NCBI GenBank assembly: GCA_046153565.1
Contig: JBJXDU010000030.1
Coordinates: 3,793 to 67,792, forward strand
Direction of reading: 5' to 3'
Length of the DNA: 64,000 nucleotides
DNA from: Sphingomonadaceae bacterium
GTDB lineage: Bacteria; Pseudomonadota; Alphaproteobacteria; Sphingomonadales; Sphingomonadaceae
Shown: piece by piece, positions 9,730-21,569 of the stretch
How the letters are laid out: each line of letters opens with the position of its first letter
How positions within the stretch are numbered: the stretch's first letter is position 1
Made by a program: the position numbers and the translations under genes
Notes under the pieces: model-generated
Told to the model about the DNA's origin: nothing
Database searches by the model: none
The model's input: the letters and a program-made list of their open reading frames with translations, nothing else

Positions 9730-10748
9730 CGATGATTATCGATTGCCACGGCCATTACACCACGGCTCCCGCAGCCCATGATGCGTGGCGGCAAGAGCAG
9801 AAAGCGGCGCATAAAGCGGGGACGGCTATTCCCCCCTACCCTGCCATGTCCGACGATCAAATCCGTGAGACGCTTGAGACCAATCAAATCCGCCTTTTGA
9901 AAGAACGCGGCGCGGATATGACGATCTTTTCCCCGCGCGCTTCGGCGATGGCGCCCCATGTCGGCGATGAGAGCGTTGCGCTGGAATGGGCACGTGTGAA
10001 TAATGACCTGATCAAGCGCTGCGCCGATCTCTACCCGGCGATCTTCGCCCCTGTCTGCATGCTTCCGCAATCGCCCGCCGCCGACATGCAGGGAAGCATC
10101 GCCGAGCTAAAACGCTGCGTCGCGATGGGCTTCATTGGCTGCAATTTGAACCCTGATCCCGGCGGCGGGCATTTTACAGCGCCGCCGCTGACCGACGCCT
10201 TTTGGTATCCATTCTACGAAGCGATGGTCGAACTTGACGTGCCGGCGATGATCCATGTCTCGGGGTCGTGCAATCCGGGTCTCCACGCAACGGGGGCCTA
10301 TTATATCGCTGCCGATACAATTGCGTTCATGCAGCTGATCGAGGGCGATTTGTTCGGGCGCTTTCCGAGCCTGCGCTTTATCATTCCGCATGGCGGCGGC
10401 GCGGTGCCCTATCATTGGGGGCGGTATCGCGGCCTCGCCGATATGCTCAAAAAGCCCGATCTGGCGGGGCATGTGATGAACAATGTCTATTTCGATACAT
10501 GCGTCTATCACCAGCCAGGTATCAATCTGCTTGCCGATGTGATCGACAATAAGAATATTTTGTTTGGGTCCGAAATGGTCGGAGCAGTGCGCGGGATCGA
10601 TCCGACGACTGGCCATTATTTCGATGATACGAAGCGCTATGTCGATGCGCTCGATATCAGCGATGGTGAGCGGCACATGATATTTGAAGGCAATGCGCGG
10701 CGGGTTTTTCCCCGGCTTGACGCGCAACTGAAGGAGCGCGGACTGTGA
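9726..10748 (+). CDS. ligJ: 4-oxalomesaconate hydratase
   Basis: Track ORF 9510..10748 trimmed to MTMIIDCHGHY. It is near-colinear with recalled SYK-6 LigJ (IIDCHGHYT, ERGADMTIFSPRASAMAPHVGD, GFIGCNLNPDPGGGHF, VPAMIHVSGSCNP, FIIPHGGGAVPYHWGR, NILFGSEMVGAVRGIDPTTGHYFDDTKRY). The upstream 72 codons overlap the preceding gene. Confidence 0.9.
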   Translation: MTMIIDCHGHYTTAPAAHDAWRQEQKAAHKAGTAIPPYPAMSDDQIRETLETNQIRLLKERGADMTIFSPRASAMAPHVGDESVALEWARVNNDLIKRCADLYPAIFAPVCMLPQSPAADMQGSIAELKRCVAMGFIGCNLNPDPGGGHFTAPPLTDAFWYPFYEAMVELDVPAMIHVSGSCNPGLHATGAYYIAADTIAFMQLIEGDLFGRFPSLRFIIPHGGGAVPYHWGRYRGLADMLKKPDLAGHVMNNVYFDTCVYHQPGINLLADVIDNKNILFGSEMVGAVRGIDPTTGHYFDDTKRYVDALDISDGERHMIFEGNARRVFPRLDAQLKERGL

Positions 10749-11149
10749 ACCAAGATATCCACGCCTATCTCGCCGAATTGGAAGACATTCCTGGCACCAA
10801 AGTCTTCACCGCCGCACGCGCGCGGGCTGGCTATCATCTCAACCAATTTGCGATGAGCCTGATGAAGCCTGAAAACCGCGCAGAATGGAAAGCGGGTGAA
10901 CGCGCCTATCTCGACAAATGGCCGATGACTGATGATCAAAAGGAAGCGATCCTCGCGCGCGACTATAACCGCTGTCTGGAACTGGGCGGCAATGTCTATT
11001 TCCTAGCTAAAGTGTTCAGCACCGATGGCTTGAGCTTTGCCGAAGCGGTATCAACGATGACCGATATGACCTTCCCTCAATATCGCGACATGATGCTCGC
11101 GGGCGGTCGTTCGCCAGTGGGCAATCGATCAATCAAGGGAGGATATTAA
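10745..11149 (+). CDS. ligA: Protocatechuate 4,5-dioxygenase alpha subunit
   Basis: 134 aa. HAYLAE..DIPGT.VFTA.RAR.GY.LNQFAMSLMK.ENR ... GGNVYFL.K.FSTDG.SF ... GGRSP.G.RSIKGGY matches recalled LigA. 4-nt overlap with ligJ. Confidence 0.9.
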   Translation: MNQDIHAYLAELEDIPGTKVFTAARARAGYHLNQFAMSLMKPENRAEWKAGERAYLDKWPMTDDQKEAILARDYNRCLELGGNVYFLAKVFSTDGLSFAEAVSTMTDMTFPQYRDMMLAGGRSPVGNRSIKGGY

Positions 11150-11162
11150 GATGGTGATGCAG

Positions 11163-13070
<1,908 letters not shown>

Positions 13071-13089
13071 TATCCCCCCAGGAGGATAT

Positions 13090-14238
13090 ATGAAGACCCA
13101 GGTCGCGATCATTGGCGCGGGTCCGGCAGGCCTCTTGCTTGGCCATTCACTCCGCCAAGCCGACATTGACTGCATCCTGATCGAACGCACATCGCAGGGT
13201 CACGTCGAAGCACGCATCCGCGCAGGCATTCTTGAACAGACGATGACCGATCTGCTCGCGCGGCTGGGGCTTGATGCGCGGCTCAAGGCCGAAGGGTTGC
13301 GCCATGAAGGGCTGATGCTTGTCAATGACGGGCGCACCATTCCGGTCGAAATCTTTGGCCATACCGGTAAGCATGTGACGGCTTATGGCCAAACTGAAAT
13401 CACCCGCGATCTGATCGCCGCGGCACCGGGGGCCGGACTGGCGATTAAGTGGAGCGCCGATGATGTCGCGCTGCATGATGTGGAGAGCACCGCGCCATTT
13501 GTTACCTGGGCCGGTGGCCGCATCGATTGTGATGTGATCGTCGGCTGCGATGGCTTCCACGGGCCATCACGCGCTGTCGTGAGTGGCCAGAATTTCGAAC
13601 GCGCCTATCCGTTCGCCTGGCTGGGTGTGCTGGCCGAAGTACCGCCGTGCCACGCCCATGTCGTTTATGCGAGCCACGAGCGCGGCTTTGCCCTCGCCTC
13701 GATGCGATCACCAACGCGCAGCCGCTATTATGTGCAGGTTGGGCTTGATGAGAAAGTTGAGAATTGGTCCGACGACCGCTTCTGGGGTGAACTTTGCACG
13801 CGGCTCGGCCCCGAAATTGCGCCGCATGTTACCACTGGCGCGTCGATCGAAAAATCAATCGCGCCGCTGCGCTCATTCGTTTCGGAGCCGATGCGGCGCG
13901 GGCGGTTGTTTCTGGCGGGGGATGCCGCGCATATCGTGCCGCCCACTGGCGCCAAGGGCCTGAACCTTGCCGCATCTGACGTCATCTATCTCTCCGAAGC
14001 GCTGATCGCCTGGTTCTCCAAACAAGAGACAGCAGGGATCGACGGCTATTCGGACCGCGCACTGCGCCGCATCTGGAAAACCGAGCGGTTCAGCTGGTAT
14101 CTGACCAAATTGATGCACCGTTTCCCTGAAGACGGCCCGTTCGAACGACGTATGCAAAACGCCGAACTTGACTATATTGCCAATTCAGATGCTGCGCAGT
14201 CGATGATCGCCGAAAATTATGTGGGTTTGCCACTTTGA
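13090..14238 (+). CDS. pobA: 4-hydroxybenzoate 3-monooxygenase
   Basis: Trimmed to MKTQVAIIGAGPAGLLLGHSL, which contains the GxGxxG FAD fold. Also GCDGFHGPSR and LAGDAAHIVPPTGAKGLNLA, typical of PobA. AGGAGG SD 6 nt upstream. Confidence 0.87.
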   Translation: MKTQVAIIGAGPAGLLLGHSLRQADIDCILIERTSQGHVEARIRAGILEQTMTDLLARLGLDARLKAEGLRHEGLMLVNDGRTIPVEIFGHTGKHVTAYGQTEITRDLIAAAPGAGLAIKWSADDVALHDVESTAPFVTWAGGRIDCDVIVGCDGFHGPSRAVVSGQNFERAYPFAWLGVLAEVPPCHAHVVYASHERGFALASMRSPTRSRYYVQVGLDEKVENWSDDRFWGELCTRLGPEIAPHVTTGASIEKSIAPLRSFVSEPMRRGRLFLAGDAAHIVPPTGAKGLNLAASDVIYLSEALIAWFSKQETAGIDGYSDRALRRIWKTERFSWYLTKLMHRFPEDGPFERRMQNAELDYIANSDAAQSMIAENYVGLPL

Positions 14239-14255
14239 TCGTCACAAATGGCAAA

Positions 14256-15107
14256 TTACGGCCAGGTCAAAGCCCGCAATAGGGGTTCAAGCGACGTCAA
14301 CAACATGTGCGGCCTCTCTGCAGGCGATAGACCATTTAACGTTTCGGGCTTCATCAACCCAGTTGTCATACCTATACTGACAGCGCCCGCGCCATTGGCC
14401 ATGCGCATTTCGAGTGCTGGATCATCGCCCACAACCACGATGCCGCGCCGATCACCCTTGGCAACCGCCATCGCATCAGCCGCGACCTCGAACGCCACGC
14501 GCGAAGGTTTACCGAGCACTTTGGCGCGCTTGCCCGTCATCGCACTGATCATCTTGTTGATCGCAAAGCTTGATCCGATGCCGCGGCCCGTGGCGGTCGC
14601 GAAGAAGGGCACATGGCTGGCAGTCGTCAGGATCGCGCCGTCCCAGATTGATTGGCACGCAGCTTCCAAATCAGGGAAAGTGAATTCGCGAAACCAGCCG
14701 GTATAGACGGCTTCAACCCCTTCGGCGTCCTCAGACGCGCCAATGATCGTGATACCGGCTTCGCGCAACGGGGCCGCCACCCCGTCGTTGCCGAGCACGC
14801 GCACACGGCGGATCCCCCGCTTCACAAACCAGAGTGCGGCTGATGAAGACGGCGTCATCATCTCCCCGTCGCCTAGGTCAAACCCCGCCGCGCGCAGCGA
14901 CGCAGCATAAGTTGCGGGCGGCTTTGCGGTGCCATTAGTATAGACGCGAAACGGTGTACCGCGCGCGCGCAAGGCGGCAAGCGTCTCGATTGCAAAGGGC
15001 AAGGCCTTATGCCCGCCGCTCGCTGCGTCGCCGAGCGCAATCGTGCCATCCATATCGAATATGAAGCCGGGCGCACGCTGAACCGCTGCGATGCTGTCAG
15101 GACTCAT
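14256..15107 (-). CDS. HAD-superfamily phosphatase (subfamily IIA, NagD-like)
   Basis: 283 aa with the nucleophile motif FIFDMDGT, then YTNGT, then C-terminal VVVGDD. 4-nt overlap with the upstream carboxyltransferase gene. Confidence 0.72.
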   Translation of the reverse strand: MSPDSIAAVQRAPGFIFDMDGTIALGDAASGGHKALPFAIETLAALRARGTPFRVYTNGTAKPPATYAASLRAAGFDLGDGEMMTPSSSAALWFVKRGIRRVRVLGNDGVAAPLREAGITIIGASEDAEGVEAVYTGWFREFTFPDLEAACQSIWDGAILTTASHVPFFATATGRGIGSSFAINKMISAMTGKRAKVLGKPSRVAFEVAADAMAVAKGDRRGIVVVGDDPALEMRMANGAGAVSIGMTTGLMKPETLNGLSPAERPHMLLTSLEPLLRALTWP

Positions 15108-16573
15108 AACGACGCTCCGCCGTGGAGCGCAATCCGCAAACCGCCGCGTTCGACAACGATATCGCGCGCGGCAGGACGCGCGGCAAGTTGCCTGAGCAAG
15201 GCGAGCAAAGGGGCTGCTTCGGGCGTATAAGTGGTGCGAGAGCGGCCCGCACTAAGCATCGCATCAACCTGATCCCCCGGCATCACTGCGCGGAGCAAAA
15301 ATTCCTCGTCGGGCATTTTGGTGCCAAAGGTTTTGCGCAAATCGCCAAGTGCGGGAAAATCAGGTTCGTTCATAATCACTTTGGCTTGAGGCCGATCAAG
15401 GATCGCTGCCTCAACCGCCGCATCGACCGGCCGCGTTGGCTTGCCGAATTTGCCAAGCACGTAGCGGATCACCTGATCGCTCACTTGTGCGTAGCGTTTG
15501 GTGCCGATCACATTCACCAAGGCCTGGCTCATCACCATTTGCGGGAAAGGCGTGACCATGATCGGATAGCCAAGTTCGGCGCGCACTTGTTCGGTTTCGG
15601 CGATGACGGCAGGCAAGCGGTCGCCAAGGCTCAGTTCTTCGAGCTGGCGCTTCGTCGTTGTCATCACCCCGCCAGCGATTTGATGGCGCAGGAAGCTCGC
15701 ATCAAAGGCTTGGGGTGTGCCCGGCGGCAGACCTTCGGCGTGCGCGAGCCGCGTCCAATAATCGGAAAGCTGGCGCAAGGTCGCCCGGTCGATTGACACA
15801 TCGTGCCCCGCCTCGATGAGATTGGCGACCATCCGCTCGGCCTCGGGGAGCGACGAGCCATCGCCGCCGGGACCAATGCCGACATGGATCGCCGATATAC
15901 CTAGCTTCGCCGCCTCAAGCGAGGAAAGCGCGCCCAAGCCCAGCGTATTATGCGCGTGAATTTCGAGCGGGCGATTGCCAATCACCGCCTTAACCGCCGG
16001 GGCCAGGGTGCGGACGCGGTCAACCGACATCAGGCCGCTAGGGTCCTTCAGATAGAAGAGGTCGATGTTCGGGCTAGCCATCAGCGCCTTGGCGAAATCC
16101 GCGTAGAAGGCATCATCATGGACATCGGAAAGCGTGTAGGTGAGCGCAGCCATCACTTCCGCCGGCCCTTCCTGCTTGATGATCCGCGCTGCTTCAATCA
16201 CCGCTGGCACTTCATGCATCGGATCGAGCACGACGAAGCGGCGGATGCCGTTCGCCTGCAACGTCCGGTAGACGAGCCGCATGAATTCAGGATCGGCTTG
16301 CTGCCACGCGATAAAGCGCAGGCCGGTTGTGATTAGCTGAAGCGGCGTCGTCGGCATTGCTGCGCGCATCCGCCTGATCCGTTCCCACGGATTGTTGCGG
16401 AAGTAGCGCACCGCGACTGCCATATGGCTCGACGAGGTGAAATCGACCGCGCGAAAGCCCGCGCGTTCGGTGAGCGCTGCGGCTTGAAGCATATGCGCAG
16501 TGTTAAGGCCGGTCGCGCCCCACAAAGACTGATTGCCATCGCGCATCGTGACATCGACAAGCTGGATGGTCAT
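15104..16573 (-). CDS. Biotin-dependent carboxylase, carboxyltransferase subunit (PycB/OadA 5S-type, no biotinyl domain)
   Basis: 489 aa. N-terminal VDVTMRDGNQSLW TIM-barrel (HMGL-like) motif and HAHNTLGLG, followed by a PYC_OADA-type C-terminal region. 4-nt overlap with the biotin carboxylase gene. Confidence 0.8.
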   Translation of the reverse strand: MTIQLVDVTMRDGNQSLWGATGLNTAHMLQAAALTERAGFRAVDFTSSSHMAVAVRYFRNNPWERIRRMRAAMPTTPLQLITTGLRFIAWQQADPEFMRLVYRTLQANGIRRFVVLDPMHEVPAVIEAARIIKQEGPAEVMAALTYTLSDVHDDAFYADFAKALMASPNIDLFYLKDPSGLMSVDRVRTLAPAVKAVIGNRPLEIHAHNTLGLGALSSLEAAKLGISAIHVGIGPGGDGSSLPEAERMVANLIEAGHDVSIDRATLRQLSDYWTRLAHAEGLPPGTPQAFDASFLRHQIAGGVMTTTKRQLEELSLGDRLPAVIAETEQVRAELGYPIMVTPFPQMVMSQALVNVIGTKRYAQVSDQVIRYVLGKFGKPTRPVDAAVEAAILDRPQAKVIMNEPDFPALGDLRKTFGTKMPDEEFLLRAVMPGDQVDAMLSAGRSRTTYTPEAAPLLALLRQLAARPAARDIVVERGGLRIALHGGASL

Positions 16574-17904
16574 GCGGGCAACCCTTCAAAGAAGCGCGTA
16601 TCGACTCCGCCTGCGATGAAACGGGGATTGGCGGCGATCACACGGTGGAGATCACAAGTGGTGTCGACGCCCTCGATATGGAGTGAAGCCAGCGCCTTCC
16701 CGAGTAAGACGATGGCCTCAGCTCGCGTCGGTGCACTGACGATCAGCTTGCCGATCAGCGAGTCATAATAAGGCGGAACTTCGCGCTCGCTGGCCATATG
16801 TGTGTCAACGCGAATGCCGGGGCCTGCGGGCCAAGCGGCGCGCGTTACCGTTCCAGGCGAGGGCCTGAAATCATCGCGCCACGCTTCAGCGTTGATCCGC
16901 ACTTCAATCGCATGGCCCTCAGGACGCACGTTGGCCTGAGTCAGCGACAACAAGTTTCCGCCCGCGATCAGCAATTGCTGCTCGATCAAATCGATCCCAG
17001 TAAGCGCTTCTGTCACAGGATGCTCAACCTGAATCCGCGCATTCATTTCGAGGAAGTAAAAATCAAAACTCTGCGCATCGACGAGGAATTCGACCGTCCC
17101 TGCACCCTTGTAACTCAAATGTCGTGCCAGTGCGACCGCCGCATCTTCTATCGCCGCGCGCTTGTCGTCGGGCATGTTGGGCGCGGGCGCTTCTTCAACG
17201 AGTTTTTGAAAACGTCGCTGGATCGAGCAATCGCGCGTACCGAGGTGAATGGCGGTTTTGCCATCGCCGAGCACTTGCACTTCGACATGGCGGCCTTGCC
17301 CGATAAAGCGTTCGACATAGATCCGCGCGTCGCCAAAGGCCGCTTGCGCTTCGGCCATTGCCATATCGATTTGCGCGTCAAGCTGATCGGGCGTGTCGAC
17401 GCGCTTCATCCCTCGCCCGCCTCCGCCCGATACTGCTTTCAGCAGCAAAGGATAGCCTGCCACATGAGCTTGGGCACGCGCCGCTGCTTTGTCAGCCGCC
17501 TCGCCGCCGGGAACAACGGGGAGTCCTGCCGCTACGCCCACGCGGCGCGCCATCAATTTGTCGCCCATCGCCTCAAGGCTCGCCACCTCTGGCCCAACGA
17601 AAATTATCCCAGCCGCCGCGACCGCCCGCGCGAAGGCGGCATTTTCTGATAGGAAGCCATAGCCAGGATGGATAGCATCGGCGCATGCCGCTTTGGCAGC
17701 GGTTACCACTGCGTTGATGTTGAGATAGGATCTTGCAGAAGGCGCTGGGCCGACAATCACGACTTCATCAGCCATCTGCGCAGGCAGGCTGCGTGCATCG
17801 GCTTCTGACGCTCCTAAGATCGTCGTCATGCCCATTGCGTTTGCCGTGCGGATAATCCGCAGTGCAATCTCGCCGCGATTGGCAATGAACAGGCGCCTGA
17901 TCAT
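16570..17904 (-). CDS. Biotin carboxylase subunit (ATP-grasp)
   Basis: 444 aa. LFIANRGEIALRIIRTA, HPGYGFLSENA, GGGGRGM and EMNARIQVEHPVTE are canonical AccC-type motifs. Confidence 0.9.
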   Translation of the reverse strand: MIRRLFIANRGEIALRIIRTANAMGMTTILGASEADARSLPAQMADEVVIVGPAPSARSYLNINAVVTAAKAACADAIHPGYGFLSENAAFARAVAAAGIIFVGPEVASLEAMGDKLMARRVGVAAGLPVVPGGEAADKAAARAQAHVAGYPLLLKAVSGGGGRGMKRVDTPDQLDAQIDMAMAEAQAAFGDARIYVERFIGQGRHVEVQVLGDGKTAIHLGTRDCSIQRRFQKLVEEAPAPNMPDDKRAAIEDAAVALARHLSYKGAGTVEFLVDAQSFDFYFLEMNARIQVEHPVTEALTGIDLIEQQLLIAGGNLLSLTQANVRPEGHAIEVRINAEAWRDDFRPSPGTVTRAAWPAGPGIRVDTHMASEREVPPYYDSLIGKLIVSAPTRAEAIVLLGKALASLHIEGVDTTCDLHRVIAANPRFIAGGVDTRFFEGLPA

Positions 17905-17912
17905 CGGTTATG

Positions 17913-18359
17913 TCATGCCAGCCGCAAGAGCGCGGCTCCTTTGCCAACCATCGCGCCATTGTCGACAAGGACCGCATCGATAATCCCGTCAACCCCGGCA
18001 TGAACGGGGTTCATCAGCTTCATCGTTTCGATAATGCCGACAACCGTATCGGGCGAGACTGGGTCTCCAACCGTAACAAAGGGCGCGGCCCCCGGCGCTG
18101 GTGCGCGGTAAAAGGTGCCGGGCAGCTGGGCGCGGACGACCTTTCCGTCTTCAACCGCTTCAGCACTGACGCCCAACTCGGTCGCGACCCGCAGCGTATC
18201 ACTCTCGTCAAATGTCCACTCCTGCGTGTGGCCATCGCCGTCGCGCGCAACTCGCAAGCGGAACCGCGATGTTTTTACATCAAGCATCGCATAGTCGCTG
18301 CCGTCAAGGATCGAGACGATTTCGGCAACATCGTCGGGTGAAAGCGGAAGTTCGGCCAT
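17913..18359 (-). CDS. Biotin carboxyl carrier protein
   Basis: 148 aa. The C-terminal biotinyl domain carries the attachment motif IIETMKLMNPV (E-x-M-K). Confidence 0.8.
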   Translation of the reverse strand: MAELPLSPDDVAEIVSILDGSDYAMLDVKTSRFRLRVARDGDGHTQEWTFDESDTLRVATELGVSAEAVEDGKVVRAQLPGTFYRAPAPGAAPFVTVGDPVSPDTVVGIIETMKLMNPVHAGVDGIIDAVLVDNGAMVGKGAALLRLA

Positions 18360-18361
18360 GG

Positions 18362-19579
18362 TCAGCGCTTCATCATCGCCCGCGCGGCACCAATGATGGC
18401 GTCCGAAAAGGCCTCATCATTGAAATGCGCATCGACTGCGGTCACTGGCACATGCGGCGGGATCACGCTTTTCAAATAGTCAGCGAAAGGCGCAGGCAGG
18501 CTTGCATCCTGAAGATGGCCTTCGGCACTGTCATGGCTTGAAAAACCACCCAGCGGGGTGAAGATTTGCACGGGTCCCCGGGCTTCGGCAACGATCTTGG
18601 CGAGATGATCGGCAAGGCCTTTAAGTTCGGGCAATTGGGTGCGCACGGCGGTGAGCTGCGGATTATGCTCATGATAGCGCTTGCCTGGGAATTGCGCTTT
18701 GGCAGCATCAATGGGGCCTGCGATGATGAAATCGGCATTGCCCGGCGCCCAGATCGTTGGAACGCCGCGCGTCATCCCTGCTTTGCCGCGATCAGCGCCG
18801 GTGTCAGCGAGACCACCGTTCAAATGGTCGACGATTTCGGTCACAGACAGATCAAGCACCAGCGCGACATCGCGGTCGCCCGCAATCCCATCGAGCGTTG
18901 GCCCGCCAGCACCCGAGGAGTGGAACACCATAACCTCAGCGCCGTCGCCTTCGAGCGCTTCGCGGATGCGCTTTACGCTTTTCTCGGTTGTACCAAGCGT
19001 CGTAATGAGAACCAATGGTCGTTCAGCGCCAACTGTCGGGTCATAACCCTTCGCCATACCCGCGACCGCAAGCGCGCCGTTGCGATAGACATCGCGGCTG
19101 ATACTGTTGATCCCCGAAATGTCGGTGACCGCGTTGAGCATCGCAATATCCTTGACGCCCATATAAGGTGCCGTGAAACCCGACGCCATTGTCGACACGA
19201 TCAGCTTTGGCAGGCCGTAGGGCATGCTCTGCATAAGCGCTCCGGCGAGTGCTGACCCCATTGACCCACCAACCGCCAATATGCCCGAAAGTGGATGCGC
19301 CGCGTGATAGGCATGAGCCGCTTTGATCGCGCCTTCGATCATGACACCCTGAATCTTGCCCTCATGGCCAATAGCGCGGATCGCTTCGATTGATGTGCCT
19401 GCCGCAGCCGCCACATCTTCGGGCGAAATTTCTGCGCCGCCAATCGTTTTGCGCACACTGGGATCAAGATGGACAACAGCAACGCCAGCCGCCTCGAGCG
19501 TGCGCCGCACGAAGCGGGCCTCGGTCTCTTTGGTGTCTTGCGTAATGATCAACATAACGCGCGGTGTTTCGGCCATCAT
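18362..19579 (-). CDS. UPF0261 (Tm-1 N-terminal-like, putative ATP-binding) protein
   Basis: 405 aa with a two-lobed Rossmann-like pattern (VMLIITQDTKETE..., GILAVGGSMGS, LITTLGTTE, FHSSGAGG) that I associate with the UPF0261 family. It is the first gene of the five-gene operon. Confidence 0.65.
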   Translation of the reverse strand: MMAETPRVMLIITQDTKETEARFVRRTLEAAGVAVVHLDPSVRKTIGGAEISPEDVAAAAGTSIEAIRAIGHEGKIQGVMIEGAIKAAHAYHAAHPLSGILAVGGSMGSALAGALMQSMPYGLPKLIVSTMASGFTAPYMGVKDIAMLNAVTDISGINSISRDVYRNGALAVAGMAKGYDPTVGAERPLVLITTLGTTEKSVKRIREALEGDGAEVMVFHSSGAGGPTLDGIAGDRDVALVLDLSVTEIVDHLNGGLADTGADRGKAGMTRGVPTIWAPGNADFIIAGPIDAAKAQFPGKRYHEHNPQLTAVRTQLPELKGLADHLAKIVAEARGPVQIFTPLGGFSSHDSAEGHLQDASLPAPFADYLKSVIPPHVPVTAVDAHFNDEAFSDAIIGAARAMMKR

Positions 19580-19678
19580 GCTCTCCCTATCTTATCTGTG
19601 GATTCATAGCGCAGCATCGCTTGACAATGCACAGCGGATTCTGGAGACTTCGTTGCACAGAGTGAAACATGAAATGCG

Positions 19679-20479
19679 ATGCTGGAACAAAAGGTCAAAT
19701 CAGTACGCGCGCTTGAACGCGGTTTGGACGTGCTTCTGAAGATTCAGGCGCAGCGTGCGATAAGCCTACATGAGCTTCATCAGGCCTTGCATTTGCCCAA
19801 AGCGACCCTGTTGCGCATGCTCGTCACACTGGGGAGCAAAGGACTGATCTGGCAGCGATTGGCCGATGGTGCCTATTTACCGCATGTCGATGCGGTCGCA
19901 CTTGGCCGCTTTGATCAGGCACACCGGATCGCTGAAATTGCCTCACCGCATATGGAAACGCTCAGCTCGATGGTCGCGTGGCCATCTGTGCTGGCAGCAC
20001 CGCGGCTTGACCATGTCGAGATTATCGAAACCAACAGCCCGCTCTTCCGCCTCGAAGCGGCAACACTTGGGCCGGTTGGATTGAAACTCTCGTACATCCA
20101 CACGGCTACCGGGCGCGCTTATCTTGCCGCCTGTGATGCTGACGAACGCGATTCGATCATTGCCCGGTTGCGACCGCGAGGGGCGAGCGACGAGAGCGAG
20201 GCATTGCTGCGCGCGATCCTCGACGAAGCAAGGGTCAAGGGCTTTTCAATCCGGGAGCCGCTCCACCCCTGGCCCGACCGGAGTCGCCAGATGGTCATTC
20301 GCGATGGACGGCGTTCAATGGGCGTCGCCGTGCTCGTGCGTGAGCAGCCGGTTGCTTCGATCAATATCACCTGGATGGCAAAGCATGTAACCGACGAAGA
20401 CGTCGTCACCCGCCACCTCGGCGCGTTGCAGGCCACCGCGAAGGCGATTGGCGCGTCGCTTGAACGGCTGATAGATTGA
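19679..20479 (+). CDS. IclR-family transcriptional regulator
   Basis: 266 aa. N-terminal winged HTH (VRALERGLDVLL...SLHELHQALHLPKATLLRMLVTL) plus an IclR effector domain. Divergent from the carboxylase operon. Confidence 0.82.
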   Translation: MLEQKVKSVRALERGLDVLLKIQAQRAISLHELHQALHLPKATLLRMLVTLGSKGLIWQRLADGAYLPHVDAVALGRFDQAHRIAEIASPHMETLSSMVAWPSVLAAPRLDHVEIIETNSPLFRLEAATLGPVGLKLSYIHTATGRAYLAACDADERDSIIARLRPRGASDESEALLRAILDEARVKGFSIREPLHPWPDRSRQMVIRDGRRSMGVAVLVREQPVASINITWMAKHVTDEDVVTRHLGALQATAKAIGASLERLID

Positions 20480-20558
20480 TTTCATCACGTGAAAGCCGCT
20501 TGCCTTGTGCGCGCCAGGATTTGGGTTCAGGGACAAACCAAAATCGGGAGACAAACGC

Positions 20559-21569
20559 ATGAAATCGTGGCAATTGAACAAGGGCGCAACGTCCTTGGAT
20601 GATATGATAATGATCGAATCGGATGTGCCGACGGCCGGGCCAGGCGAGGTGCTGATCCGGGTCCGCGCTTGCTCGCTCAATTACCGCGACGCGTTGATAC
20701 CCCAAGGACTTTACATGGGTGGCACTGTTGATCGTGATATCACCCCCCTATCCGATGGCGTTGGCGAAGTGACGGCGGTTGGCGAAGGCGTGACCCAGTA
20801 TAAGGTTGGTGACCGCGTCGCTGGCACTTTCTTCCAAGGCTGGGTGTCAGGGCCTGCGCACGCTGCGGTTGGCCCCGCGCTTGGTGCGCCGCCTGCCAAG
20901 GGAATGCTCAGTGAATATGTGACTTTGCCCGAATATGGCATTGTGCCCATTGCCCAGTCGCTGAGTTTCGAGGAGGCAGCGACTTTGCCCTGCGCAGGCG
21001 TGACGGCGTGGAACGCGCTGATGGAAGGGACGCCTCCGGTGAAGCCCGGCGCATGGGTTGCGGTCCTCGGCACCGGCGGCGTTTCGCTGCTAGCGCTGCA
21101 AATTGCCAAGGCAGCGGGCGCGCGTGTGATTGCGACATCGTCGTCAGACGAGAAGCTGGCGCGGGTGACCGCTCTGGGGGCCGATGCTGTTATCAACTAT
21201 AAAACGAGGCCCGATTGGGGCGTTGAGGCCATGCGGATTACCGGCGGCGTTGATCATGTCGTCGAGGTTGGTGGTCAGGGCACAATTGCGCAATCGATGC
21301 AGGCAATTGGCTTCAATGGTGAAATTGCGATCATTGGCGTGCTGTCACGCGAAGGCAATGTCACGCCGCGCGATATGATGTTCAAGGCTGGTCGGATGCG
21401 CGGAATCTTCGTCGGATCGGCGGCGATGGCGCGAAAGCTCAACGCGGCAATTGATGCCAATGCGATCAAGCCTGTGGTCGACAAGGTTTTCGCGCTTGAA
21501 GATGCCAAAGCCGCTTATGCCTATCACGCCTCGCCAGCTTTGTTTGGCAAGACGGTGATTACGCTCTGA
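20559..21569 (+). CDS. Zinc-type/MDR NAD(P)H-dependent oxidoreductase (quinone-oxidoreductase-like)
   Basis: Trimmed to MKSWQLNKG. The pattern GEVLIRVRACSLNYRD ... GTGGVSLLALQIAKAAGA is typical of the MDR family. GGGAGA SD upstream. Confidence 0.8.
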   Translation: MKSWQLNKGATSLDDMIMIESDVPTAGPGEVLIRVRACSLNYRDALIPQGLYMGGTVDRDITPLSDGVGEVTAVGEGVTQYKVGDRVAGTFFQGWVSGPAHAAVGPALGAPPAKGMLSEYVTLPEYGIVPIAQSLSFEEAATLPCAGVTAWNALMEGTPPVKPGAWVAVLGTGGVSLLALQIAKAAGARVIATSSSDEKLARVTALGADAVINYKTRPDWGVEAMRITGGVDHVVEVGGQGTIAQSMQAIGFNGEIAIIGVLSREGNVTPRDMMFKAGRMRGIFVGSAAMARKLNAAIDANAIKPVVDKVFALEDAKAAYAYHASPALFGKTVITL

